Source: Eledone cirrhosa (Eukaryota). From it: 64,000 nucleotides of DNA. The notes beneath the pieces were generated by a model, which did not search any database, was not told the origin of the DNA, and was given only the letters and a program-made list of their open reading frames with translations. Positions 29,917-41,896 of this stretch are shown piece after piece. The stretch is from positions 9,424,001 through 9,488,000 of the forward strand of contig OZ024765.1 of NCBI GenBank assembly GCA_964016885.1, in the 5' to 3' direction. Position 1 is the first letter of the stretch. Each line of letters starts with the position of its first letter. The position numbers and the translations under genes were made by a program.

Positions 29917-30620
29917 CTATATTGATAGAGAGAAGGAAGGAATGGATGGATGGATGGATGGAGGAATAGATGGATGGATAGCGAGAAGGAAAGAATGTGT
30001 GGATGAGTGAATGAGTGGATGGATGAATATAATATATATATACAAATAAAATATAGAGTTATTAACTCATATAGGTACCCTGCAATTAAAACAAGCTCAA
30101 AGTATAAATACCGAGACATAGTTACGTCCCTTTACGATCTGAGTTCAAATCCCGCCGAGGTTGACTTTGCCTTTCATCCTTACGGGGTCGATAAAATAAA
30201 GTACCAGTAATACACTGGATAATTGCTGGCCTTGTGCCAAAAATAGAAACAATTATATAGTAATATAGTGGATTGGCAGTATCGGTAGAGGGTCGGACGC
30301 CATGCTTTGATGCATAGAGTTACGGCCCTTGCCATTCTGAGTTCAAATCCCGCCGAGGTTAACTTTGCCTTTCATCCTTACGGGGTCGATAAAATAAAGT
30401 ACCAGTAATGTACTGGGTAATTTGCCGGCCTTGTGCCAAAAGTAGAAACAATTATATAGTAACATAGTTACGTCCCTTTACGATCTGAGTTCAAATCCCG
30501 ACGAGGTTGACTTTGCCTTTCATCCTTACGGGGTCGATAAAATAAAGTACCAGTAACACACTGGGTAATTGCTGGCCTTGTGTCTAACGTAGAAACAATT
30601 ATATAGTAATATAGTATAAA

Positions 30621-30836
30621 TGTGAAGGCACGTGGCTGAGTGGTTAGAGAATTGTATTCGCAATCGTAAGGTTGTGAGTTCGATTCCTGGACCAGGTGAT
30701 GCGTTATGTCCTTGAGCAAGACACTTTATTTCACGTTGCTCCTTCTACCTGGAGTTGCAACCGATATATAGTATTAGCAATTGGAAAGACCAACGGAAAC
30801 ATTGTTCCCTCGGTCCGATTTGACGAAAGTCGATCG
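30621..30836 (+). mobile_element. tRNA-derived CORE-like SINE family 2. Other copies: 12861-13185 +, 18996-19145 +, 37758-37975 +, 39724-39978 +, 52238-52452 -
   Basis: GTGAAGGCRCGTGGCT..AGTGGTTAGAG A-box, GAGTTCGATTCC B-box, central CCTTGAGCAAGACACTTTATTTCACGTTGCTCC. Confidence 0.85.
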
Positions 30837-30859
30837 ATCCTTTATAGTATAAATAAACA

Positions 30860-31002
30860 CAGTAAATCTCGTGTCTAAAAATTGAAATGTTTTTGATACG
30901 GTCAGTATAAAATTAATATATCATACTGTATGGTTAAGATTAAATTTATAAAACATGAGTGGTATCTTATACCCTCGTAATTTTTAGACACGAGATTTAC
31001 TG
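30860..31002. mobile_element. MITE (Tc1/mariner/pogo-like)
   Basis: ~24-bp TIRs CAGTAAATCTCGTGTCTAAAAATT / AATTTTTAGACACGAGATTTACTG, followed by TA on the right. Confidence 0.7.
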
Positions 31003-31114
31003 TATATATATATATATACAGAAACAATTGTCAGCAATGTGAATAAAACCCTTATTGTATAGCAAACCATGTCACTCTTCTTTCTTGATTTATTATTATA
31101 TATATATATATATA

Positions 31115-31411
31115 CAGGGTGGGCCAGAATTCATGACTCACTTGTTAGTTATATTTCTTAACATGCTTATTTTATTGTTATTGTATTGTTTTAATTTATT
31201 ATTGTATTTCTTAATAGGCTTAGCAGGTTTCTTAATGTATAGGGTATTATATTCCTTAACTTGTTTTATAACATTTTGTGTTAATAGATCTATAAATAAT
31301 CAAGTGAGTCATCATCCCGTATATGTTTAATATACAGGGTGCAGCAAAAATACCTCTCACATTTTATGGGGCGACCGTATAAAATATGGGAGGTTTCTCT
31401 ACCGCACCCTG
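31115..31411. mobile_element. Two adjacent Tc1/mariner-type MITEs (31115-31319; 31335-31411)
   Basis: TA-CAGGGTG termini; internal inverted matches ATGACTCACTTG/CAAGTGAGTCAT and CAGGGTGC/GCACCCTG. Confidence 0.6.
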
Positions 31412-31698
31412 CATATATTTTTTTTTAATCCCGAAACCCGGGTAAGCGGCCCACTTTGCTAATACTGGTTAGAAAATATAAGAAGAAAAATGAGGCCAGT
31501 CACACTTCCTGAAATATTCTATGCTGTGCTAATCTGATTTCAATTTGTTTCCGGGGAAGCCCATACATAAATTTGATACTGATAAGAAAGTATAGTGAGA
31601 AAAAAAATGAGGCCATTCACACCTCCTGAAATATTCTGTGCTGTACTAACCTGATTTTAATTTGTTTCCGGTTCGTTCTTCGGTTGTTGTCTTCTTAC

Positions 31699-31795
31699 CT
31701 TGATTCCAGATAACGTGGATGATGATAATATAGCAAATGATAATAATAGTTGCTGGTAATATAAATAAAGCTACTGCTACTAAGGTCATGTAGAG
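31699..31795 (-). CDS. CCAPR: CCAP/NPS-type receptor exon 6 (TM5)
   Basis: LYMTLVAVALFILPATIIIICYIIIIHVIWNQ; acceptor cttcag, donor gtaaga. Confidence 0.93.
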
Positions 31796-32036
31796 CTGAA
31801 GTTAATAGAAAAGAAACAACGAAGAAAACTTAGTATAAATGAAGCATTACCTCGGTAAAGAAGAACCTAATAATCTTTTAGCTATATAAAAAGTACATGA
31901 TAAAATGACAAGTCAGTCAATTATATTGATGGCCTCCCCACAGCCCCGGTGGGCAGAATGGAGAAGGCGTTTCCCCGGAGGACGACGAGGGAGACGCGCT
32001 GGAAGAGCCATTCCAACTCGCGAGGCTCACACCTAC

Positions 32037-32507
32037 GGCTGGCCAGCTCAGCGCCTTTGGTGGTGAGTAGGGAGGTAGCCCTAGGGCCGAGGACACCAGA
32101 AGTCTCAACTGCTATGGCTGGCCAGCTCAGCGCCTTTGGTGGTGAGTAGGGAGGTAGCCCTAGGGCCGAGGACACCAGAAGTCTCCACTGCTATGGCTAG
32201 CCAGCTCAGCGCCTTTGGTGGTGAGTAGGGAGGTAGCCCTAGGGCGGAGGACACCAGAAGTCTCCACTGCTATGGCTAGCCAGCTCAGCGCCTTTGGTGG
32301 TGAGTAGGGAGGTAGCCCTAGGGCCGAGGACACCAGAAGTCTCCACTGCTATGGCTAGCCAGCTCAGCGCCTTTGGTGGTGAGTAGGGAGGTAGCCCTAG
32401 GGCGGAGGACACCAGAAGTCTCCACTGCTATGGCTAGCCAGCTCAGCGCCTTTGGTGGTGAGTAGGGAGGTAGCCCTAGGGCCGAGGACACCAGAAGTCT
32501 CAACTGC
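32037..32507. repeat. 79-bp tandem repeat x6 derived from a LINE 3' fragment
   Basis: The unit continues the RTE-like sequence at 31915-32040; a related single copy is at ~7788-7960. Confidence 0.85.
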
Positions 32508-32646
32508 CAATAGGGTACAACTGCAAACCTTAGTATAAATTATCCATCTTCTCTTAACTATTCTCCCAGGCGAAGCCGGGTACCTCAGCTAGTAAATAAA
32601 TATACAAAACCACATAGTGTATTATTATGGTTGATGATTTACTTAC

Positions 32647-32795
32647 CTGCCATTGCCAAGGCTCTGTGATGTTTATCCAACACTGTTTGTTGATACCATC
32701 CTCTTCTATAACTTCTTTGGTTATGAAGAACATTGGCAGAGAGAATACTATTGAAAACAACCATGCCAACGAGATCAGGACCTTGCAGTGATATG
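32647..32795 (-). CDS. CCAPR: CCAP/NPS-type receptor exon 5 (TM4-ECL2)
   Basis: PYHCKVLISLAWLFSIVFSLPMFFITKEVIEEDGINKQCWINITEPWQWQ; acceptor tttcaag, donor gtaagt. Confidence 0.93.
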
Positions 32796-32853
32796 CTTGA
32801 AAAAAGAAAACGTGCGTATATATCCTCGAATGTAGTTTGCTAATTTGTTGTGG

Positions 32854-33197
<344 letters not shown>

Positions 33198-33335
33198 ATA
33201 TATATATGTATGTATGTATATATATGTATGTATGTATGTATATATATGTATATATATGAATATATATGTATATATATGTATATACTCTTTCCAAACAAAT
33301 TCAAAAACGAAATATAAATATATACACACACACAC

Positions 33336-33393
<58 letters not shown>

Positions 33394-33437
33394 CTGATGA
33401 GGACATACTGAAAAAACAACACAGTACCTCTGAAATA

Positions 33438-33980
33438 TCTATATATATAAAACTGAGGATGTCTGTCTGTGTGTGTGAGTTTGAAACCCTAAAACTAGAG
33501 AACCACACAACTGACTGTTTTCAAACTTTACACATGTAATACTTATGTTTCAGGGAGTGTTCTGAGTAAAAACAATTTCAAATTTTCAATGCCCTAGGGA
33601 CCGCATTAGGCGATTTAGCGATCTCTCTCTATAATTCTTAGTCTTTCTCTTTTTAGATAGATACATACATATAACGTCGCGCTCTTATAATATCTGTCTG
33701 TATGTCTGGCTGTCTGCATTACATCACTTCCTACAGTTCGCTCTGCGTCAAAAACGCGCCCTTATAATATCTGTCTGTATGTCTGGCTGTCTGCTGCCTC
33801 CGGTTATTCTGCCACCCTTGCTCAAGACAAATCTCACACTCATTCCCCAAACAGTTGGAAAGTGCACACAACTTCTTCCTCACATTTTAAGCCACAGTGT
33901 TGCTTACTTACGTACCACCAGACCCTTACTTCTTTGCCAGCCAATACCTTATCCCGTGCAACGCCGGGTACCACTGCTAG
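33438..33980 (+). mobile_element. Non-autonomous Helitron
   Basis: Begins TC(TATATATATAAAACT) and ends with hairpin CCCGTGCAACGCCGGG then CTAG. Inserted between A and T without a TSD; the flanks rejoin into a continuous hammerhead-type element. Confidence 0.8.
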
Positions 33981-34099
33981 TATATAATAAAGTATGTATT
34001 TTGATTATGAGAATATTTTTCATTTGTTAATATTTTGAATAATATATATATATATATATATATATATTCTCTACCGCTGACAGTTGGCAGTTGAAAAGT

Positions 34100-34150
34100 G
34101 AACTGCACTGATGAAGGGTTATAATCCAGAAACACTGGTGTCTGCAGTTC
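34100..34150 (+). ncRNA. Type-I hammerhead ribozyme motif, GUC cleavage site
   Basis: GAACTGCA-CTGATGA-AGGGTTATAATCCA-GAAA-CACTGGTG-TC^-TGCAGTTC; 8-bp stem I. Confidence 0.75.
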
Positions 34151-34331
34151 TGTTTACATACCAACACAAGAGCAAGAACTACGGAGACATTCTACTGACA
34201 TGGCTTAAAAGAGGGTTGTTTGCATAATTGCAAACGAATCGAATATTATTATTAATATTCGAAAAACTCAGATTACATTTATTGTATTCAGCCATGTAGA
34301 AGATTACATTTTTTTTTAGTTATTATATATA

Positions 34332-34393
<62 letters not shown>

Positions 34394-34474
34394 TACGTAT
34401 ATATATAGACGTATATATGTATATATATATGTATATATATATATATATATATGACTATATATATATATATATGC

Positions 34475-34508
<34 letters not shown>

Positions 34509-34918
34509 ATATGTATATATATATATATACGCTATGTACTTTAAACATTTTGTCAACATCTCTAGTTACCATTTCACATTATTCCTATCAATTCGATATC
34601 CTTTACGTTTGATGTGGTGGTGGTGGTGGTGGTGGTGGTGGTGGTGTCTTGAGTAGTAGTTGTTGAAGTTTTGGTTGTATTTAGGTTCATGGTATTTTGC
34701 TTTTGATATATTATTTTAATTTTACTTCGTTTGTTTGTTTCTTTCTTTCTTTCTTTCGTTCCTTGAAAAGGATATCGCTTCAAAATGCCGACAGGTCGAA
34801 ATCATTTCGGGTTCTTTTATTTTATATATATTTTTGTTTGATTTTATCCGATTATTATCAAAGATGGCTCGTTTCTACAACCACTTCCTTAACTGAAATG
34901 TTATCACCCCATGTATAA

Positions 34919-34986
<68 letters not shown>

Positions 34987-35041
34987 ACTACGACATTAAT
35001 TGCATAAAAGATTTTGAAATATTTTAATTCTTATAAATATG

Positions 35042-35173
<132 letters not shown>

Positions 35174-35198
35174 TATATAAATATATATATATATATAA

Positions 35199-35255
<57 letters not shown>

Positions 35256-35280
35256 TATATAAATATATATATATATATAA

Positions 35281-35366
<86 letters not shown>

Positions 35367-36355
35367 GCATAATATAATATAATACAATATAATATAATAT
35401 AATATGATATAATATAATATATATATTGTAATATATGTATATGAGGTTTTCATGTATATATATATATATATGTGTGTGTGTGTTGTATGTGTATATTTAT
35501 GTATATATGTGTGTGCATGTATACATATCTTTATAAATACACACATACGCACGCACATGCAGTGTGTGTGTGTATGTGTGTGTGTGTTTGACTGCTTATG
35601 TATCTGAGTATGCACGTGTGTGTGCGTTTATGTATATATATATATGTATGTTTGTATGTATATATGTGTGTATGTATATATATATATATACGTATGTATG
35701 TATATGAATGTATGTTTCTGTATGTATTATGTTTGTGTTTTGTATGTATGTACGTATGTATGTATGTATTATGTATGTATATATGTATGTATATATGTAT
35801 GTATATATGTATGTATGCCTTGATGTATGTATTATGTATATATGTATGTGTATATATTAAGTATTATGTATATATGTATATATGTATATATGTATGTATT
35901 ATGCCAGTTTGTACATATGTATGTATGTATGTATGAATATATGTATGTATGTGTGTATATATGTAAGTATGTATGTATACGTGTATATATGTATGTATGC
36001 ATGTATGTATGCATGAATGTATGTATGTATTTATATGTGTGTGTATGTTTGTATATGTGTATGTGTGTATGCATGCCTTGACATTTCAGAGCATTTCGTT
36101 CAATTAAAATTCAAGATTTAGATGTTTTCTTTCCGTTTTATGTTTGTTTTATGTCTGTTTCATATCAGTTTTGTATGCAGTTTTATATTGTTCATTTTTT
36201 TAGAACGTTCTTAAAGCCCCCCCCCCCCTCCCCCGTGATCTTCATCAACAGAACTCCCTCACCACCACCACCACCACCACCACATCCCAAAGTACAGAAC
36301 ACAGTAACAGATCCGAATATATATTTTAATGATAATATCTTTAGGATATAATTAC

Positions 36356-37588
36356 GCAAATGTAGGGTTATAACCCTGGACCTTGAGTAATTTTGGAGAA
36401 ATAACTATTTATAGAGGCAAATGTGGGGTTATAACCCTGGACCTTGAGTAATTTTGGAGAAATAACTATTTATAGAGGCAAATGTGGGGTTATAACCCTG
36501 GACCTTGAGTAACTTTGGAGAAATAACTATTTACAGGGGCAAATGTGGGGTTATAACCCTGGAACTTGAGTAACTTTGGAGAAATAACTATTTATAGAGG
36601 CAAATGTGGGGTTATAACCCTGGACCTTGAGTAACTTTGGAGAAATAACTATTTACAGGGGCAAATGTGGGGTTATAACCCTGGAACTTGAGTAACTTTG
36701 GAGAAATAACTATTTATAGAGGCAAATGTGGGGTTATAACCCTGGACCTTGAGGAATTTTGGAGAAATAACTATTTATAGAGGCAAATGTGGGGTTATAA
36801 CCCTGGAACTTGAGTAACTTTGGAGAAATAACTATTTATAGAGGCAAATGTGGGGTTATAACCCTGGAACTTGAGTAACTTTGGAGAAATAACTATTTAT
36901 AGAGGCAAATGTAGGGTTATAACCCTGGACCTTGAGTAATTTTGGTGAAATAACTATTTACAGGGGTAAATGTGGGGTTATAACCCTGGAACTTGAGTAA
37001 CTTTGGAGAAATAACTATTTATAGAGGCAAATGTAGGGTTATAACCCTGGACCTTGAGTAATTTTGGTGAAATAACTATTTACAGGGGTAAATGTGGGGT
37101 TATAACCCTGGAACTTGAGTAACTTTGGAGAAATAACTATTTACAGGGGCAAATGTGGTGTTATAACCCTGGACCTTGAGTAACTTTGGAGAAATAACTA
37201 TTTATAGGGGCAAATGTGGGGTTATAACCCTGGACCTTGAGTAACTTTGGTGAAATAACTATTTACAGGGGTAAATGTGGGGTTATAACCCTGGAACTTG
37301 AGTAACTTTGGAGAAATAACTATTTACAGGGGTAAATGTGGGGTTATAACCCTGGAACTTGAGTAACTTTGGAGAAATAACTATTTACAGGGGCAAATGT
37401 GGGGTTATAACCCTGGACCTTGAGTAACTTTGGAGAAATAACTATTTATAGAGGCAAATGTGGGGTTATAACCCTGGACCTTGAGTAACTTTGGAGAAAT
37501 AACTATTTATAGAGGCAAATGTGGGGTTATAACCCTGGAACTTGAGTAACTTTGGAGAAATAACTATTTTTAGGGACAGATGTAGGGT
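36356..37588. repeat. 61-bp minisatellite, ~20 copies
   Basis: Unit contains the palindrome GGGTTATAACCC followed by TGGACCTTGAGTAACTTTGGAGAAATAACTATTTA. Confidence 0.95.
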
Positions 37589-37979
37589 TAGAGCTGCGAT
37601 GTCTCTGGTGTCAAGCTGTATCAGCCATTGCCTTTCACTTGGACAACACCATATATAGTGTATATATAGAGTGTAGAGTGTATATAGAGTGTATATAGAG
37701 TGTAGAGTGTGTATATCTAGAGTATAGTGTGTATATATTGAGTACATAGTGTATATAGTGAAGGCGCGTGACTGATTGGTTAGAGAACTAGATTCGTAAT
37801 CGTGAGGTTGTGAGTTCGATTCCCGGACCGGGCGGTGCGTTATGTCCTTGAGCAAGAAACTTTATTTCACGTTGCTCCTTCTACCTGGAGTTGCGACCGA
37901 TAGATAGTATTAGCAATTGGAAAGACCAATGGAAACACTGTTTCCTCGGTCCGATTTGACGAAAGTCGATCGACTGTCG

Positions 37980-39240
37980 ATAGTGTATATATAGTGTATA
38001 GAGTGTATATATTGAGTATATAGTGTGTATATAGAGTATAGAGTTTATATATTGAGTATATAGTGTGTATATATAGAGTATGGAGTGTATATATTGAGTA
38101 TATAGTGTGTATATATAGAGTATGGAGTGTATATATTGAGTATATAGTGTGTATATATAGAGTATAGAGTGTATATATAGAGTATAGAGTGTATATATTG
38201 AGTATAGAAGGTGTATATATATAGAGTATAGAGTGTATATATTGAGTATAGAAGGTGTATATATATAGAGTATAGAGTGTATGCATTGAGTATACAGGGT
38301 GTATATAGAGTATGGAGTGTATATATAGAGTATGGAGTGTATATATTGACTATGGAGTGTATATATTGAGTATACAGGGTGTATATATAGAGTATAGAGT
38401 GTATATATTGAGTATACAGGGTGTATATAGAGTATAGAGTGTATATATTGAGTATACAGGGTATATATAGAGTATAGAATGTATATATTGAGTATGGAGT
38501 GTATATATTGAGTATACAGGGTGTATATATAGAATATAGGGTGTATATATTGAGTATACAGGGTGTATATATAGAGTATAGAGTGTATATATTGAGTATA
38601 CAGGGTGTATATATAGAGTATAGAGTGTATATATTGAGTATACAGGGTGTATATATAGAGTATGGAGTGTATATATTGAGTATATAGTGTGTATATATAG
38701 AGTATGGAGTGTATATATTGAGTATATAGTGTGTATATATAGAGTATGGAGTGTATATATAGAGTATAGAGTTTATATATTGAGTATAGAGGGTGTATAT
38801 AGAGTATAGAGTGTATATATTGAGTATACAAGGTGTATATATAGAGTGTAGAGTGTATATATTGAGTATACAAGGTGTATATATAGAGTATAGAGTGTAT
38901 ATGTTGAGTATACAGGGTGTATATATAGAGTATAGAGTGTATGCATTGAGTATACAGGGTGTATATAGAGTATGGAGTGTATATATAGAGTATGGAGTGT
39001 ATATATTGAGTATGGAGTGTATATATTGAGTATACAGGGTGTATATATAGAATATAGAGTGTATATATTGAGTATACAGGGTGTATATATAGAATATAGA
39101 GTGTATATATTGAGTATACAGGGTGTATATATAGAGTATAGAGTGTATATATTGAGTATACAGGGTGTATATATAGAGTATAGAGTGTATATATTAAGTA
39201 TTACTGGTGTATATATAGTATAGAGTGTATATATTAAGTA
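37980..39240. repeat. Degenerate ~20/42-bp minisatellite (GAGTATAGAGTGTATATATT...)
   Basis: Direct reading; a short portion also lies at 37630-37757, separated by a SINE. Confidence 0.9.
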
Positions 39241-39413
39241 TTACTGGTACTTTATTTTATCGACCCCGTAAGAACGAAAAGCAAAGTTAACCTCGGCGGG
39301 ATTCGAACTCAGAACGTAAAGGGACATAACTCTATGCTGCAAAGCATGGCGTCCGAGCCTCTACCGATACTGTCAATCCACCGCCCCTGTGTAAAAATAA
39401 TAAAGATACTTAC

Positions 39414-39507
39414 GGCTCTTGGTGAAATGCAACGGCCATGCTACAGCATCAAGTCGATCAAGACTGAGAGCCACAAGAACGTAAGTGGACCCATAGGTGA
39501 CCACAGC
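39414..39507 (-). CDS. CCAPR: CCAP/NPS-type receptor exon 4 (TM3-ICL2)
   Basis: AVVTYGSTYVLVALSLDRLDAVAWPLHFTKS, with DRL at the DRY position; acceptor tag, donor gtaagt. Confidence 0.93.
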
Positions 39508-39690
39508 CTAATTATAAAAAAGAAGTAAAATGAACGAAGAAAACAAAGAGACGGACATTGTCTATCAGGGCCGGTAGAGCGTCGAGTAGGATGCCTTGCG
39601 GTATATCTTTCGGCTTTTGCGTTCTTCTAAGTTTTAAGAAATCCCTTTGTAGCCTATTTAACACCACCTCCATGATCCTGGGTATCGTTA

Positions 39691-40416
39691 GCTCAGGCCA
39701 CTCTCGAGTGCTACTGGTAACATGGAGGCACATGACTTAGTGGTTAGAGCATTGGGCTTGCAATCGAAAGGTCGTGATTTCAATTCTCGGACCGGGTGAT
39801 GTGTTGTTTCTTTGAGCAAGACACTTTATTTCACGTTGCTCCAGTTTTCTCAGCTGTAGAAATGAGATGATAGGGACTGGGGTCCCTATCATTAAATTAC
39901 CCAAGACACCTCCAAGGAGATATAATATAACTTGGGGGAGGTCAGCTAAACCTGCATAGGTGTGAGCTGTAACAACATATAACCCAGTACAACCTGTCGC
40001 ATGGTCTGGACGTTGGCGACTAAACCGGCAACCCCAGCAAGTTTACTTGGTGAGGGGGTTGATTTTGGACACCCGGTAGGACAAAAAAACAAAACCTGAC
40101 AAAGGGCGGAAGAACTCATAGGAGTCAACGGCCATCTAAAATCCTGCCAAATCAATGGGTGGCAGTAGTTCCAGCTGCACCAAATACTGGTGTAGTGGTT
40201 CTGAGAACAATGCGGCTTTGCAGATGATCAATGCAAATTGACAATGGAAAGGCGCTCGAGTTAGAAGAGAACTATTGACCTTCAGGAGAAGCAGCGACCC
40301 CTGATTGTATTCAGCAACCGAAACAAATATGAAGTACACCAAATCCAATACTCTTAGGGGTGGCCCTGGTTCTCCTTATTTGCGAGTGTAAACTCGGCCA
40401 GAATAGATTAAGATTG
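39691..40416 (+). mobile_element. RTE-derived non-autonomous element flanked by a ~55-bp direct repeat and interrupted by a SINE
   Basis: Direct repeat AATCCCTTTGTAGYCTATTTAACACCACCTCCATGATCCTGGGT..GTTAGC at ~39635-39692 and ~40417-40477. SINE at 39724-39978 with AACAT on both sides. Confidence 0.6.
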
Positions 40417-40953
40417 TTAAAATCCCTTTGTAGTCTATTTAACACCACCTCCATGATCCTGGGTGTCTTTAGTTAGCGTTGGAGTCCCCTTTGCTGGAAA
40501 TATTTCAGATGATGGGCTCCCTGCCTCCCTCCCTCTTTCTCTCCCTTGCCAAGGGTTTCGAAAACCACCGAAAAAAGTATCATATGTATAAATCCCATCA
40601 ACGCCAACTTTGTGAAAGAACAAGACTCACCCATGCATACACTCGACGCTCAGTATTCGGTAAGGTATCCCATTTTAAGATGACGTCCCCGCTCCCCCAC
40701 ACCACTTCCTTACCAAGGGTCTCGGAGGCCACTGAAAAAAGTATCATGAGTATCAATCCAAAATGGGGTTTCTCTGAAGATTCTTTGGGGTAACGTTGCT
40801 CGATAGAGGGCGTACTTTTTGATATAAATGCCTGTGAGAAAGGTCAACGACTTGAAAGTTAATTTCAAAAGCATACTGTCCCATTGATCGAAACAACTTT
40901 AAAAACGCATCGCCGAAAGCGACGAAGATCCAACAATAAGAAACCAAACTCAC

Positions 40954-41057
40954 CTGTAGAAAGCGTGTAAATTTACACATCACGTTGCCGGCATACCAAT
41001 GTACAGTCTGCTTCCATATCACATCCATCAATACACTTATGAAGCCGGACATAAGAT
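40954..41057 (-). CDS. CCAPR: CCAP/NPS-type receptor exon 3 (TM2-ECL1-TM3)
   Basis: DLMSGFISVLMDVIWKQTVHWYAGNVMCKFTRFLQ; acceptor ttctcag, donor gtgagt. Confidence 0.95.
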
Positions 41058-41075
41058 CTGAGAAAATCAAAAACA

Positions 41076-41128
<53 letters not shown>

Positions 41129-41328
41129 CGAGGAAATGTGGTAAGGAACCAAGTGGACCATAACGCACCAAAGTACTCAATACTTAGGGTAGTAGAGTGG
41201 GCAATAGGAACCAGTAAGACCCCGACGGCTGAGCTCAAGCCGTTTCGACGGCTAATTCTGGACTGGAATTCAGTCCAGAATTAGCCGTCGAAACGGCTTG
41301 AGCTCAGCCGTCGGGGTCTTACTGGTTC

Positions 41329-41360
<32 letters not shown>

Positions 41361-41621
41361 TATTTTCCGTTGTGTTGTAATATAAATATTACACACAGTA
41401 GATTATCAGCTCACGTAGAGTTTGCTCGACGGTTCCAGTTGTAGTTCCAAAAGTAATCCGGAGAAAAATAGAAAGATGAAATGACAGTAAATAATAACAT
41501 TGAAATATTGAATGTCTGCATAACTAAAAGTTTGTAGATAGCAGCTGTTTTAGGTTATGTAACTGTTATAGAAACACGTGTCAATAAATTCCTTTCAACT
41601 AAACTGTATCCATTCAAATCT

Positions 41622-41732
<111 letters not shown>

Positions 41733-41896
41733 ATTACAGACAAGCAAGCAAGCAAGCAATCACAGACTTTTAGTAATATATAGATTTTCCTGGCAAAGGG
41801 TTTATCTCACATAATTATCTCACATAATATCGAATCTAGGAGATTTTGAGATTTTTTTTATTTTTAGGAAACAATACCTTAATGCTAGTATTAGCA

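Noticed and set aside
30621-30700. Possible tRNA genes
   Set aside because: A/B boxes are present but continue into SINE bodies, and the copies are degenerate with no complete cloverleaf.
32563-32592. Helitron-like 3' end (hairpin followed by CTAG|T)
   Set aside because: No convincing body or 5' end could be delimited.
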